Counted from the first letter of the stretch, positions 27,390 through 37,511 are shown. The stretch: DNA of 64,000 bases from Christensenellaceae bacterium (GCA_045651405.1 JAZRSH010000029.1:97960-161959), one strand, 5' to 3'. The notes: a model not told the origin generated them from the letters alone. Program-made: numbers and translations.

Positions 27390-27530
27390 ATGTATAATAA
27401 TGATAATAATGATGATTTTTCTTTCTTGGCGTGGCAACTTTTTGTAAGAACGGGTGCGGTTAATTATTATATTCTGCACAAAAAAACTAAAAGTGAAAAG
27501 AAAGAAGAAATAGAAAAACAAAAGCGTTAG
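27390..27530 (+). CDS. YqzL-like small protein (46 aa, below the ORF-track cutoff)
   Basis: Reads MYNNDNNDDFSFLAWQLFVRTGAVNYYILHKKTKSEKKEEIEKQKR. RBS AAGGGG 8 nt upstream. Stop TAG lies 1 nt before the recO ATG. yqzL precedes recO in Bacillus. Confidence 0.6.
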   Translation: MYNNDNNDDFSFLAWQLFVRTGAVNYYILHKKTKSEKKEEIEKQKR

Positions 27531-27531
27531 T

Positions 27532-28251
27532 ATGGAAATAAAGGTTAATGCGATAGTAATTAAAACGGTGGATTATAAAGATAACGATAAAATTTTAACT
27601 TTATACTCCCTTGAATACGGCAAGATAACGGCAACTATTAAAGGCGTTAAAAAATCGGGTGCAAAATTAAAATTTGCCTCCGAGCCTTTTTGCTTTTGCG
27701 AATATATCTTAGCGGTAAAAGGGGATAGGTACACCGTTATTAATGCCTCGCATATAGATACCTTTTACAATTTGCGTTTAGACTTAAAAAAATACTATTC
27801 CGTAGCCGTTGTTGGCGAGTTTGTTAATAAACTTATTGAAGACGGTATTTGTGATGAGTATTTTTTTGACTTACTAATCAATACCGTTAAAAATATATGC
27901 TATCAAAATAGCGAACTTTTTTACCTTTGCAATTTTTTAATTCAAACGATAAAGATTTTAGGTTACGGAATAACCGATTATAATTGTTTTAAGTGTGGAG
28001 AAGAAATATCAAATAGAGTATTTTTCAGTTTTAAAAATGCAGAGTTTGCTTGTGGTAACTGTTTTGAAGACGGTTTTAGGGAAATTATGCCGTCTACCTA
28101 CAACGCATTTAAGCTTGTAGAAAACGGTGAAACACCAAACGATAACGGTATGCAAAAACTTGTAAAGTTTTTAGTGTATTACATAAATTACAAAACGGAA
28201 GTAAGTTTAAAAAGCGCCGATGCGCTATATCAAATTTTTAATGAAGAGTAA
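27532..28251 (+). CDS. recO: DNA repair protein RecO
   Basis: OB-fold N-terminus (AIVIKTVDYKDNDKILTLYSLEYGK) and Cys4 zinc motif CFKCGE...CGNC. Confidence 0.9.
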   Translation: MEIKVNAIVIKTVDYKDNDKILTLYSLEYGKITATIKGVKKSGAKLKFASEPFCFCEYILAVKGDRYTVINASHIDTFYNLRLDLKKYYSVAVVGEFVNKLIEDGICDEYFFDLLINTVKNICYQNSELFYLCNFLIQTIKILGYGITDYNCFKCGEEISNRVFFSFKNAEFACGNCFEDGFREIMPSTYNAFKLVENGETPNDNGMQKLVKFLVYYINYKTEVSLKSADALYQIFNEE

Positions 28252-28254
28252 AGT

Positions 28255-28286
28255 AAAAGAAGTGGGGTTACCCACTTCTTTTTTTC
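28255..28286. terminator. bidirectional terminator (recO / hup)
   Basis: AAAAGAAGTGGG gtta CCCACTTCTTTT followed by a T-run. Confidence 0.85.
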
Positions 28287-28288
28287 GA

Positions 28289-28561
28289 TTAGTTAAATTT
28301 TGCTTTGTAAGATTTAGAAAATTTAGCGTTTGGTGATTTGCATGCAGGAATAATAACCTTTTCATGAGTTAAAGGATTAACGCCTTCGCGCGCTTTCTTT
28401 TCGCGAAGTTCAAATGTAGCAAAGTTAGAAATGTGTACGTATTCCCCGTTTTCAAGGCACTCAGTTACCGTGTCAATAAATTTAGCAACAAAATATTCAG
28501 CTTCTTTGATAGTAACGCCAAGTCTATCCGCATAAACTCTAGTAAATTCACTTTTGTTCAT
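28289..28561 (-). CDS. hup: HU family DNA-binding protein
   Basis: 90 aa, MNKSEF...FELREKKAREGVNPLT...IPA...KFS pattern of HU/IHF. Confidence 0.9.
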   Translation of the reverse strand: MNKSEFTRVYADRLGVTIKEAEYFVAKFIDTVTECLENGEYVHISNFATFELREKKAREGVNPLTHEKVIIPACKSPNAKFSKSYKAKFN

Positions 28562-28796
28562 AAAAGCCCCCTTTTTAACGTTTTTTTAACGTTTTATAAA
28601 AATCTAACTTCATTATAGCATAAAAAAAAATAATTTCAAGGGGGTTTTTAAAAAATATATCAAAAAAGCACCATTTTTTTTAATTTTTGCACTATTTTTA
28701 TCATAAAACACTTCAATACACCTAATTATATTGACAAATTTTATTATAAATATTAAAATATTATGTAACAATTTTACTTAAAAGGGGGATATGGCA

Positions 28797-29984
28797 ATGA
28801 AGAATAAAGAAAAATTAACCGATGCGTTAAATCATTCGTCTTTATTTGTTAAAAGACTTGCACTTAAAGAACTTGTTAAGCTGGAAAAGACTAATCAAGA
28901 ACATCTTCCAGTCGTAAAAGATATAGTTCCCCTTCATTTTGCATCATCTAAAAGTTATTCCCTTTATTCGCCTACGATGTGTGCTTACATTGCCCACCGT
29001 TCTGGTGCTTTTGGCATTGGCATTTGTGATTATGCAACACTTTCTTACTCTCAAGAACTTAAAAATGCTTGTAAAATTTTAAATATACCTTACGCTTGCG
29101 GTTATAGGGTAGACGGTACGTCTATTTTTAACGACGATAGCACTACAATACTTTACGGTTTAGGTATTCCAGTTGAGTTTGAGCCTTATTACAACGAACT
29201 TTTTAAAAGCGTGCAAACTCAAAAAACTAAAAACACCCTTGAACTTATTGAAAAGGTTAATGGCGAATTAAAAAGTCAAGGAATTTTTGTAAACGTAAAA
29301 CAATTACAAAAGGAAGCAAAAAAACGCAAGGCTATTTTTACTGAAAAACACGTTGCTAAAAACTTAGCGGAAAATATCGTTGATACGTTTGGTAAAGGCA
29401 AAGGTCTTTTAGACTTTATCGATAAATACATGGGTATCGTTTCGTGTGAAGGAGAAACAAGGTTTTTACACGAAAGCGAAAATATGTATTTCACCGAAGA
29501 CTTGGCTAAAGTAATTTATAACAACTACTTAAAACCAATGCTCAAAAAGGAAGAAACGGATTTATCTAAGTTTGTAAAACTTAACGAAGAATTAGGCGTA
29601 ATTTCTTCTTGCGGGTTAGAGATTAAAGAGTATAACGAAGAAGAACTTACTAAAATAGTAAAAGTATTACGCAAAAACGGATTTAACTCTGTAACCATAA
29701 GAAATAAATTATTAACAGAAGAAGAATATTTAAAGATAGTAAACTTTTTTAACGAAAACGAAATGCTTGTTATTTCATTGTACGGCGTTGGTCTTCCAAG
29801 ACAACACGTGCCTACTTCCGCACTTGATATTGACTATAAAACTTCGCTTGCGGTAATAGGTAATTCCGTATCTATTGCTTACGATAAAAAAGACGGATTG
29901 TTTACCAACCGCACTATTTCTAAATGTCCTAACTTTGAAAAAAGATTAGTGCTTTTTGCAAATATTGGAAAGCGTGGAAGATAA
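28797..29984 (+). CDS. hypothetical protein with degenerate PHP-like N-terminal region
   Basis: PLHFASSKSYSLYSP..GIGICDYATL resembles a PHP-domain start but lacks the HxH motif. ATG 28797 is preferred over 28791 on RBS spacing (AGGGGG 28783-28788). Confidence 0.4.
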   Translation: MKNKEKLTDALNHSSLFVKRLALKELVKLEKTNQEHLPVVKDIVPLHFASSKSYSLYSPTMCAYIAHRSGAFGIGICDYATLSYSQELKNACKILNIPYACGYRVDGTSIFNDDSTTILYGLGIPVEFEPYYNELFKSVQTQKTKNTLELIEKVNGELKSQGIFVNVKQLQKEAKKRKAIFTEKHVAKNLAENIVDTFGKGKGLLDFIDKYMGIVSCEGETRFLHESENMYFTEDLAKVIYNNYLKPMLKKEETDLSKFVKLNEELGVISSCGLEIKEYNEEELTKIVKVLRKNGFNSVTIRNKLLTEEEYLKIVNFFNENEMLVISLYGVGLPRQHVPTSALDIDYKTSLAVIGNSVSIAYDKKDGLFTNRTISKCPNFEKRLVLFANIGKRGR

Positions 29985-31223
29985 ATGATAGAAAAAAAGG
30001 TTTTTGATTACAAAGTGGAAATGCAAAACTGCTTTTCCATAAATACAGGGGATAGTTTGCCTAAATTCATAACGGATAGTCTGTATGATGCGGTTTATGC
30101 TATTGCCCTTAAAGTAGCCGATAAAAAAATGGATTTCGTTTGTTTAGAAAGTGATTTTTTAAGGTTTGGCGGAATTGTTAAAAAGGCGCTTAAAGATGCC
30201 GAAACGGAAGTTAACGTTTTGCTTGTCGAAGATAGTGAGTTTTATCACGCACACTTAAAAAGTTTCTTTTCTTCCTCAACTAATGAAGTTATAGTAATTG
30301 GAAGTTCTAATTTACTTGCTATTACCGCGTACTATGCATCAATGCAAAAAATACCTTGTCACGCAGTAGTTACCGAGCCTAACTTTGAAAACGTGCTTTC
30401 AAGTAAAATGCCAATGCTACTAAACGGCGTACCGGTGGACGCAGAAGTAATTCCTTTTAAAACGGTTATTTGCGATATTGAAGTTATAAATAAAGCCCCG
30501 CGTGAAAGTTTGGCTGAAAGTTATATCCGTACCGTTTCTAAACTTTTAACTTTAATTGATTACAAGTTAAGGGTGTATACCGATGGTGTTAGTGCTGATA
30601 AAACTTTGTATACCGAAATAAAAAACGTTATACAAAAGGTAATTTTAATAAATACTTATCAAAATCCTAAGGAAGTTTTAATTTACGCCCAAGCCGTTAT
30701 CGCTAAAATAAACGCATTATCGGATATGTTAAAGGAAGGCGGGGTAGAACTTTTTTGCGATACTTTAGGTGTGTTTTTCCCAAACTTATCTTACGGCGAT
30801 AGGCTTATGATGGCTTTTTCTAAACTCGTTAAAGTTTATCATATGTTTTGGAATAACAGTTTTGATGATTTAATAAGTTTACCTGACTATAATGCCGATA
30901 TCTTCCTGCTTGAAAAAACTACGGGTAAAAACGGAAGTTATTATAGAAAAAAACTAAAAATCCCAAGCGAAAAAAGGCGCATACTTATTAATGCGTTAAT
31001 AAGTAAAACTAAAGACGGTTTTTTAAAAGAAACGTCATCTTTACTTTCCGTACTCTATAGTGTGGAAAAAATTTATTCGGGCTTAAATAAAACCGCTAAG
31101 GACAAGCCCCCAATCAAATACGAAATTATAAAAAATTCATTAACGTTATGTACATATTTTTCTGACAAGACGTCAATTTTAACTCTTTGCAGGGATATGG
31201 GTATTTTGAGGTGTATACAATGA
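29985..31223 (+). CDS. hypothetical protein, possibly a DHQS/Fe-ADH (AraM-like) fold with degenerate motifs
   Basis: VIVIGSSNLLAITAYYA...IPCHAVVTEP resembles the glycine-rich and PT-S segments of G1P dehydrogenase-like proteins. The following HAD gene mirrors araL-araM adjacency. Weak call. Confidence 0.3.
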   Translation: MIEKKVFDYKVEMQNCFSINTGDSLPKFITDSLYDAVYAIALKVADKKMDFVCLESDFLRFGGIVKKALKDAETEVNVLLVEDSEFYHAHLKSFFSSSTNEVIVIGSSNLLAITAYYASMQKIPCHAVVTEPNFENVLSSKMPMLLNGVPVDAEVIPFKTVICDIEVINKAPRESLAESYIRTVSKLLTLIDYKLRVYTDGVSADKTLYTEIKNVIQKVILINTYQNPKEVLIYAQAVIAKINALSDMLKEGGVELFCDTLGVFFPNLSYGDRLMMAFSKLVKVYHMFWNNSFDDLISLPDYNADIFLLEKTTGKNGSYYRKKLKIPSEKRRILINALISKTKDGFLKETSSLLSVLYSVEKIYSGLNKTAKDKPPIKYEIIKNSLTLCTYFSDKTSILTLCRDMGILRCIQ

Positions 31224-32020
31224 ACGAAAATTTAAAACAAGCATTAAAAGACGTTAAGTACGTTTTACTTGACATGGACGGAACAATCTACCTTGGCAAC
31301 AGCCCAATCGGCGATATGCCTAACACATTGAAGTTTTTAAGGGAACAAGGCAAAAAAATCATTTACCTTTCTAACAACACTTCAAAAAGTGCGGATACTT
31401 ATATCGAAAAGTTAACTAAACTTGGCTTTTATGATGAAAGGGACGAAATTTATTCAGCAGGCGTTGCTACTTGCGAATATTTAAATAAATTCTACCCAGG
31501 TAAAAAAGTTTACGCTATGGCAACTAAATCATACAAGGCAGAACTTTTAAAATACGGCATCAACCTTTCGGAAGATGAAGACTGCGATATCGCCCTTATC
31601 ACTTACGATACGGAACTTAACTACAAAAGTTTATGCGCTTTAGTTAAAAACCTTGATAACGGTGCGTTATATATAGCAACTCACCCTGATAACCGTTGCA
31701 ATACTGAAGATGGATTTATCCCTGATATCGGTTCTTTCATTAAGATGATTGAAGTGTCTAACGGCTATACACCTATTCTCGCTATTGGTAAACCTAATAC
31801 CATTATGGGTGACAACTTAAAGGAAAGACTTCACGTTGAAAGTAAAAACTTCCTTATGGTTGGCGATAGACTTGATACGGATATTTGTTTCGGCTTAAAC
31901 AACAAGTTTAATACTATGCTCGTTTTAAGTGGCGAAACTACTATGGAAGACGTGCAAAAATATCCACGTAAACCAGATTTTATTTTAGATTCGCTTAACG
32001 ATATAAAAAATTATTTCTAA
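31220..32020 (+). CDS. HAD-IIA family hydrolase (NagD/AraL-like sugar phosphatase)
   Basis: LLDMDGTIYLG motif I, LSNNTS motif II, MVGDRLDTDI motif IV. ATG 31220 overlaps the upstream stop (ATGA). Confidence 0.8.
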   Translation: MNENLKQALKDVKYVLLDMDGTIYLGNSPIGDMPNTLKFLREQGKKIIYLSNNTSKSADTYIEKLTKLGFYDERDEIYSAGVATCEYLNKFYPGKKVYAMATKSYKAELLKYGINLSEDEDCDIALITYDTELNYKSLCALVKNLDNGALYIATHPDNRCNTEDGFIPDIGSFIKMIEVSNGYTPILAIGKPNTIMGDNLKERLHVESKNFLMVGDRLDTDICFGLNNKFNTMLVLSGETTMEDVQKYPRKPDFILDSLNDIKNYF

Positions 32021-32084
32021 AATGCGTATAGAAAAATTTAATAGTGTAAATAATTCTCACTGTAAAGGCGGTGAGAATTTTTTT

Positions 32085-32465
32085 ATGCTCAAAAAGTTAC
32101 TAAGTTTAACTCTTTTGCTTTCAACAATGGCAATTTATTTTTATAGCGTGCCGTTTATCGTTGAAAAAAGCACGGTAACTTGCGTGGGCGGTAAATCTTC
32201 GGGTAGGTTTATACAAGAAATAGTTTTTTATCAAAACGACGGGTATATGGTAACGCTAAGCGCCAAAGATGCTACTAAGTTTATAAAAAGATTAAATTGC
32301 ACCCAAGTTTATAGCCAAGAAATAAACGGAATAACTAATTATTATTTTTACACCGATAAACTACCTAAAAAACAAGTGGTAAAGGGGGAAAAGATTAATA
32401 TACACTTGGCGGTAAAAGGCGGGGTAGTTACTTTAGGGTATCCTTTCATTTACGGAAGTTATTAA
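32085..32465 (+). CDS. hypothetical membrane-anchored/secreted protein
   Basis: Start moved to MLKKLLSLTLLLSTMAIYF (signal/anchor) with a GGTGAG RBS-like sequence. Confidence 0.5.
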   Translation: MLKKLLSLTLLLSTMAIYFYSVPFIVEKSTVTCVGGKSSGRFIQEIVFYQNDGYMVTLSAKDATKFIKRLNCTQVYSQEINGITNYYFYTDKLPKKQVVKGEKINIHLAVKGGVVTLGYPFIYGSY

Positions 32466-32485
32466 ATACATAAACGGAGGTTAGT

Positions 32486-33172
32486 ATGACACAAAGAAAA
32501 GGTAAAGCAATTAATTTTATTCGTAAAAATATATACTATTTTATATTTTTAATATGTTTGTCAATCGTCACTTTAATTACGATAGCGTTAGTGGTTGCAA
32601 CAAACGATAACTCGCCAGTTTTAGATAGTGGCGGTAGCAATAACGTTATAGAAAAACCAAACGAAACCCCTAACGAAAAGCCAAATGAAACACCAAATGA
32701 AACTCCTAATGAAACCCCAAGCGAAACACCTGATGAAAAGCCGACTGTAACGGTAATAGTTTTTGATATGCCTGTTGCCGGTACTATTATTAAGGAGTAC
32801 GTTTCTGCAGGCGTTGTTTATAACCAAACTTTAGGTGTTTATTCGGGGCATAAAGCCATTGATTTTGGTGCGGAAGAGGGGGCTAACGTAATTGCTTGCT
32901 ATGACGGAACTATTGAAAGTATTACAAGTGGCAAGTTAGACGGAACTACGGTAATTATCGACCACGGCAACGGGCTTAAATCGGTGTATAACAGCATAGA
33001 AGTAAGCGAAGATTTGCAGGCGGGTGATTTAATTAAAAGGGGTAACGTTTTAGGTACCGTTTCAACAAACAACCGCAAGGAATTTAAAGACGGTGCACAC
33101 CTACACTTTGAAGTTTTAGAAAACGGTGTAAAAGTCGACCCTAAAAAGTATCTTTTAGTAGAAGAAAAGTAA
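32486..33172 (+). CDS. M23 family metallopeptidase with TM anchor and Pro/Asn/Glu/Thr linker
   Basis: HKAIDF, IIDHGNGLKSVYNS and HLHFEV are M23 motifs. Confidence 0.85.
   Translation: MTQRKGKAINFIRKNIYYFIFLICLSIVTLITIALVVATNDNSPVLDSGGSNNVIEKPNETPNEKPNETPNETPNETPSETPDEKPTVTVIVFDMPVAGTIIKEYVSAGVVYNQTLGVYSGHKAIDFGAEEGANVIACYDGTIESITSGKLDGTTVIIDHGNGLKSVYNSIEVSEDLQAGDLIKRGNVLGTVSTNNRKEFKDGAHLHFEVLENGVKVDPKKYLLVEEK
32654..32743 (+). repeat. in-frame 12-nt tandem repeat encoding (K/T)PNE(T) linker
   Basis: KPNETPNEKPNETPNETPNETPSETPDEKP. Confidence 0.9.
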
Positions 33173-33220
33173 TAAATTGTAAAACTTTCAAGTATAAATA
33201 TTATACTTGGGAGTTTTTTT

Positions 33221-34666
33221 ATGAAAAAAATTATTCTTACAATTTGTATTTTTCTTTTAACTTTAGCAAGCGTTGGCTGTAAAAATAACGATGAAAAGGA
33301 ACTTAATCTTTACGAGATTAATATAGTTTTAAACGAAGATATGACGGCGGATTGCCGTTTGCGTTTACACTATAAAAACGATATAGAAAATCTTGATTAT
33401 TTGCTTTTTAATTTATACCCCAACGCCTTTAACGAAGGGGCTAATTTGCCTATATACGTAGAGTATTATTTTAAAGCCTTTCCTAGTGGGTTAAGTTATG
33501 GCGGAATTGATATAATCAACGTAATAATAGATGGTAAAAATTGTGAGTTTAGTTATTTAAATCAATCAAAAACCCACTTAAAAGTACCTTTTGAAAAGCC
33601 TTTAAAAAAGGGTGAAGAAAGGCAGGTTTGTATAGATTTTAAACTGACTATCCCTAACGTAAAACACAGGTACGGATACGGCGAAAATACCATTAATTTA
33701 ACGGGGTTTTATCCTATACTTTGCGTGTATGAAGAAGGGGAATATTATCAAAACGAGTACTATCCTTCGGGCGACCCTTTTTATTCAAATTGTGCCGATT
33801 ATAACCTTTCACTTACCCTTCCGTCTACTTACGTAGTGGCGTCTTCTATGTCGCCAGTTTTTACTAAAATTTCAAGCGGAACTACTAAGTATGAATATCA
33901 AAGAAAATGCGTTAGAGATATAGCCTTCGTGCTGTCTGAAAAATTCAACGTAAAAAGTCGTGTGGTAGGGGATATTTGCGTATATTACTACTATTTTAAC
34001 GATAAAAACCCCGAAAAATCTTTAAATACCGCAGTTGAAAATATCAAGTATTTTTCCCGAGAGTTTATGGAATATCCGTACCCCGAATACGTAGTTTGCG
34101 AATCTGATTTTATATACGGCGGAATGGAATATCCCTGCCTTTCTATGATAGACGCCACCCTTAAAGATTTCGATAGGGATTATTGCATAACTCACGAAAC
34201 GGCACATCAATGGTGGTACGGGATAGTGGGTGGTAACGAAGTTGAAGAGTCTTATATCGACGAAGGTTTAACGGAATATTCTACCCTTATGTTTTTTGAT
34301 GAGTACAAAGATTACGGATACACAAAAAATGAGCTGCTTAACGTGGTAAAAACTTTATACGCCGATATAAGAAAAGCCCTTGCAAATAAGGGGGTTACAA
34401 ATTCAGTTATGAAAAAGAGTTTAAAAGAATTTAAAAGCGATATGGAATACGTATCAATAGCCTATTACCGCTCGCAAATAATGTTTAACGATTTTCATGA
34501 AAGCATCGGCAATAAAAAGTTTAAAAAGTTCCTAAAAGAACTTATAAAAAACTACAAATATAAAACGCTAAATACCAAAAGTTTATTGCTAACGGCAAAA
34601 AAGATTAAAAGTGGTAGTGACAAATTGCTTGAAAATTATATAAACGGCAAGGAAGTTATAGGGTAA
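33221..34666 (+). CDS. M1 family metallopeptidase lipoprotein
   Basis: Lipobox LTLASVGC, GGMEYP (GxMEN-like), HETAHQWWYG...EGLTEY zinc motif. Confidence 0.8.
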   Translation: MKKIILTICIFLLTLASVGCKNNDEKELNLYEINIVLNEDMTADCRLRLHYKNDIENLDYLLFNLYPNAFNEGANLPIYVEYYFKAFPSGLSYGGIDIINVIIDGKNCEFSYLNQSKTHLKVPFEKPLKKGEERQVCIDFKLTIPNVKHRYGYGENTINLTGFYPILCVYEEGEYYQNEYYPSGDPFYSNCADYNLSLTLPSTYVVASSMSPVFTKISSGTTKYEYQRKCVRDIAFVLSEKFNVKSRVVGDICVYYYYFNDKNPEKSLNTAVENIKYFSREFMEYPYPEYVVCESDFIYGGMEYPCLSMIDATLKDFDRDYCITHETAHQWWYGIVGGNEVEESYIDEGLTEYSTLMFFDEYKDYGYTKNELLNVVKTLYADIRKALANKGVTNSVMKKSLKEFKSDMEYVSIAYYRSQIMFNDFHESIGNKKFKKFLKELIKNYKYKTLNTKSLLLTAKKIKSGSDKLLENYINGKEVIG

Positions 34667-34723
34667 TTTCGTGAAATTATATTATACATAATATATTTTA
34701 ACTAAAAAGTTGGTTAAGAGTAA

Positions 34724-34752
34724 TTGACATAAACATCTTTAAATGTTAAAAT
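34724..34752 (+). promoter_or_regulatory. sigmaA-type promoter
   Basis: TTGACA (34724-34729), 17 nt spacer, TAAAAT (34747-34752) with TGt extended -10. Confidence 0.55.
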
Positions 34753-34803
34753 ATACATCGTAGACGTTTGTCTTGTATAGATAAATCAAGGAGAAACCTT
34801 TTA

Positions 34804-36003
34804 ATGAAAAAACTTTTATTAAAAATTACCATTTTAATTTTAACTCTTTCATTGTCGGCATTCTTTATTGCTTGTGGCGATAATGAAGGTGACGATACCG
34901 TTCAAGTAACGGGTACTGTTGAATACCAAATTATGACGGGTACTCGTGAAAATGAAAACGGTGAAGAGGAAGAATACAAATACTACAAAGTTACTGGTTA
35001 CCAAGTTTCAGTTGAAGATGCTGAAAAAATCAGTAATGGCGAGTATGACAAAATTGATTCTAAATACCGTGAATTAAAAATCGAAGAAACTTACGAAGGT
35101 CTTCCTGTAGAAGAAATCGATGCTGCTGCTTTTGCTAACCAATTAATTTTAACAAAAGTAGTTATCGGTAAACATATCAAAACTATCGGCGCAGGTGCTT
35201 TCAGCGGTTGTACAAACCTTGAATATTTAGAAATTCCTTTCGTTGGTAAAACTGCAGACGCTACTGATAGCGAAAGGGTATTCGGTCACTTATTCGGTTC
35301 AGGTGCTACAAACGAAGGCAATACGGAAATTACTTCTAAAATACACGCAAGAATGAGTTCTATCGATGGTAGCGAAGTTGTTGCTGGTGAAGATGCAACT
35401 TTCGTAGTTCCTACTTCATTAAAAGAAGTTAGAATTACTGAAGCAACGGTTGTTACTGAATGTGCTTTTTATGGTATGACTACTTTACAAAAAATCACTT
35501 TTGATAAAGCAACTGAAATTGAATCACACGCATTCTACGGCTGTACTGCATTACAATCGTTTGATATCTCTAACATCACAAGTATTTATCAATATGCATT
35601 CTCTAACTGCAGTGCACTTAAAACTGTAGATTTTGAAAATGCATCTAACTTAGAATTTATTGATAGAAATGCTTTCTCTGCTTGTCAATCATTATTTAGC
35701 AACCTTGTTAGCGACAATAAAGAATTTGCAGTTTTAAAATTTAACTCAGCATTAAAAGAAATAGGTAGCAATGCGTTTGCTGACTGTTCTGCTATTAAAT
35801 TCGTAGATTTAACAAATGCTAAAAAAGTTGGCGTAATGGCGTTTGCAAACTGTTTCTCTATCGAAGGTGTTACACTTAATGCCGATGGCGTTTACGGCGA
35901 TTCAATCTTTATGGGTTGTGTTGCTTTAGAAGAAGATAAAGTTGAAAACCTTAACGGTAAAGACGTTAAAAAACTTTTTGGCAAAACTGATACCGAAGAA
36001 TAA
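34804..36003 (+). CDS. BspA-type leucine-rich-repeat surface lipoprotein
   Basis: Start at MKKLLLKITILILTLSLSAFFIACGD (lipobox). Repeated AF..C..L..(I/V) LRR units (IGAGAFSGCTNLEYLEIP, ECAFYGMTTLQKITF and others). Confidence 0.8.
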   Translation: MKKLLLKITILILTLSLSAFFIACGDNEGDDTVQVTGTVEYQIMTGTRENENGEEEEYKYYKVTGYQVSVEDAEKISNGEYDKIDSKYRELKIEETYEGLPVEEIDAAAFANQLILTKVVIGKHIKTIGAGAFSGCTNLEYLEIPFVGKTADATDSERVFGHLFGSGATNEGNTEITSKIHARMSSIDGSEVVAGEDATFVVPTSLKEVRITEATVVTECAFYGMTTLQKITFDKATEIESHAFYGCTALQSFDISNITSIYQYAFSNCSALKTVDFENASNLEFIDRNAFSACQSLFSNLVSDNKEFAVLKFNSALKEIGSNAFADCSAIKFVDLTNAKKVGVMAFANCFSIEGVTLNADGVYGDSIFMGCVALEEDKVENLNGKDVKKLFGKTDTEE

Positions 36004-36017
36004 TTAATGCAAAAATC

Positions 36018-36045
36018 AAGTGGCTACCTTTTTCGGTAGCCACTT
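36018..36045. terminator. bidirectional terminator
   Basis: AAGTGGCTACC tttttc GGTAGCCACTT. Confidence 0.8.
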
Positions 36046-36049
36046 TAGT

Positions 36050-36685
36050 TTAGTTTTTAGTAGGTGTTTCGGGTTTCGATTTTATAACCTTTATTATAAA
36101 GAATATTAGCATTATAAGTGCTATAATAAAAAGGCCAAGAATAATTAAATCTACGTAATCTTTAAAAAAGAAGGTTAAAAGTGTAATTATAGTTCCTGCT
36201 ATAAGATTGCCAAGTGTTAGTGGGATAAAACTGTCTTTAAAACTTAAGCCTGTAAATACTGCTATTGCGGTACCCGTCCAAACACCGGTAACGGGGAAAG
36301 GTACTGCCACAAAAATTAAAAGTGCCGTGCTTAAAAACTTAATTTTTACGTCATCCGTTTTACCGTTATGTTTTTTTGCGAAGTTTTCGGCTTTGTGCAT
36401 AAGCACGCTTTCAATTTTTTCGATAATCTTTTTAATAAACTTAATCTTTTTTAAAAGATTAAATATAGGGATTAATAGAAAGTAAATTGGGATGCATATC
36501 ACGGTAGAACCAACGTAGGCAAGTAGTGCCGACGTTACTAAGTCTTCCCCAAGTAAAGTCCCAATAGGTATAGCACCTTTAAGTTCTATTAGCGGAAACA
36601 TAGAAATCAGCAAGGTTATTACCTTTCCGTTATCCGTTATTCCCTTTAAAAAAGTTAACAAAAATTCAGTTAAAATTTCACTCAT
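36050..36685 (-). CDS. small multidrug export-like (COG2426/PF06695-type) membrane protein
   Basis: PLIELKGAIPIG motif and 5-6 TM helices. Confidence 0.5.
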   Translation of the reverse strand: MSEILTEFLLTFLKGITDNGKVITLLISMFPLIELKGAIPIGTLLGEDLVTSALLAYVGSTVICIPIYFLLIPIFNLLKKIKFIKKIIEKIESVLMHKAENFAKKHNGKTDDVKIKFLSTALLIFVAVPFPVTGVWTGTAIAVFTGLSFKDSFIPLTLGNLIAGTIITLLTFFFKDYVDLIILGLFIIALIMLIFFIIKVIKSKPETPTKN

Positions 36686-36761
36686 ATAAACCTACTTTAT
36701 GTTATAATTAAATAAAGTATACCACAGTATATTTTTTTTGTAAAGTGATAAGGAAAATACT

Positions 36762-37511
36762 ATGAACTTACAACAAATAATGTCCCCTATAAGAAGGGCG
36801 ATAGACGATTACAATATGATAGAAGACGGGGATAGGATAGGCGTTGGTTTGTCCGGCGGTAAAGACAGTATAACTTTACTTGCAGGTCTTGCCGGTTTAA
36901 GACGTTTTTATCCTAAAAAATTTGATATCGTAGCAATCAGGGTAGACACGGGCTTGGATTTTGACAAAGAAGAATGTGAAAACCTTAAAAAATTCGTTGA
37001 AGATTTAGGTGTTGAATACGTTGTAGAAAAAACTGAGATTGCCGAAGTTGTTTTTAACGTAAGAAAGGAAAGTAACCCTTGCTCCCTCTGTGCAAATATG
37101 CGTAGGGGTGCGCTTAATTCCGCCGTTAAAAACGCGGGGTGTAATAAGGTAGCGCTTGGCCACCATGCAGACGATTTAATTGAAACTTTCTTTTTATCTA
37201 TGATGTATGAAGGTAGGCTTTCAACTTTCCACCCTGTAACGGTTATGTCCCGCATGGATTTAGCAGTTATTCGCCCTATGATTTACATGCGTGAAAGGGA
37301 CGTTGCGTCATTTGCAAAAGGCAAGCCTATACTTCATAATCCTTGCCCTGCAGACAAGCACACCAAACGCGAATACGTTAAAGATTTACTTAAAGAGATA
37401 AGAAAGGAAATCCCTTTTGTAAACGATAACGTTTTAAATGCTTTAACCCACTCTGAAAGAACTAATTTATTCGAAAAACCACCTAAAAATGAAAAAGGTA
37501 TAGACAATTAG
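36762..37511 (+). CDS. ttcA: tRNA 2-thiocytidine biosynthesis protein TtcA-like PP-loop ATPase
   Basis: SGGKDS PP-loop, CSLCANMRRG, GHHADD. Confidence 0.8.
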   Translation: MNLQQIMSPIRRAIDDYNMIEDGDRIGVGLSGGKDSITLLAGLAGLRRFYPKKFDIVAIRVDTGLDFDKEECENLKKFVEDLGVEYVVEKTEIAEVVFNVRKESNPCSLCANMRRGALNSAVKNAGCNKVALGHHADDLIETFFLSMMYEGRLSTFHPVTVMSRMDLAVIRPMIYMRERDVASFAKGKPILHNPCPADKHTKREYVKDLLKEIRKEIPFVNDNVLNALTHSERTNLFEKPPKNEKGIDN

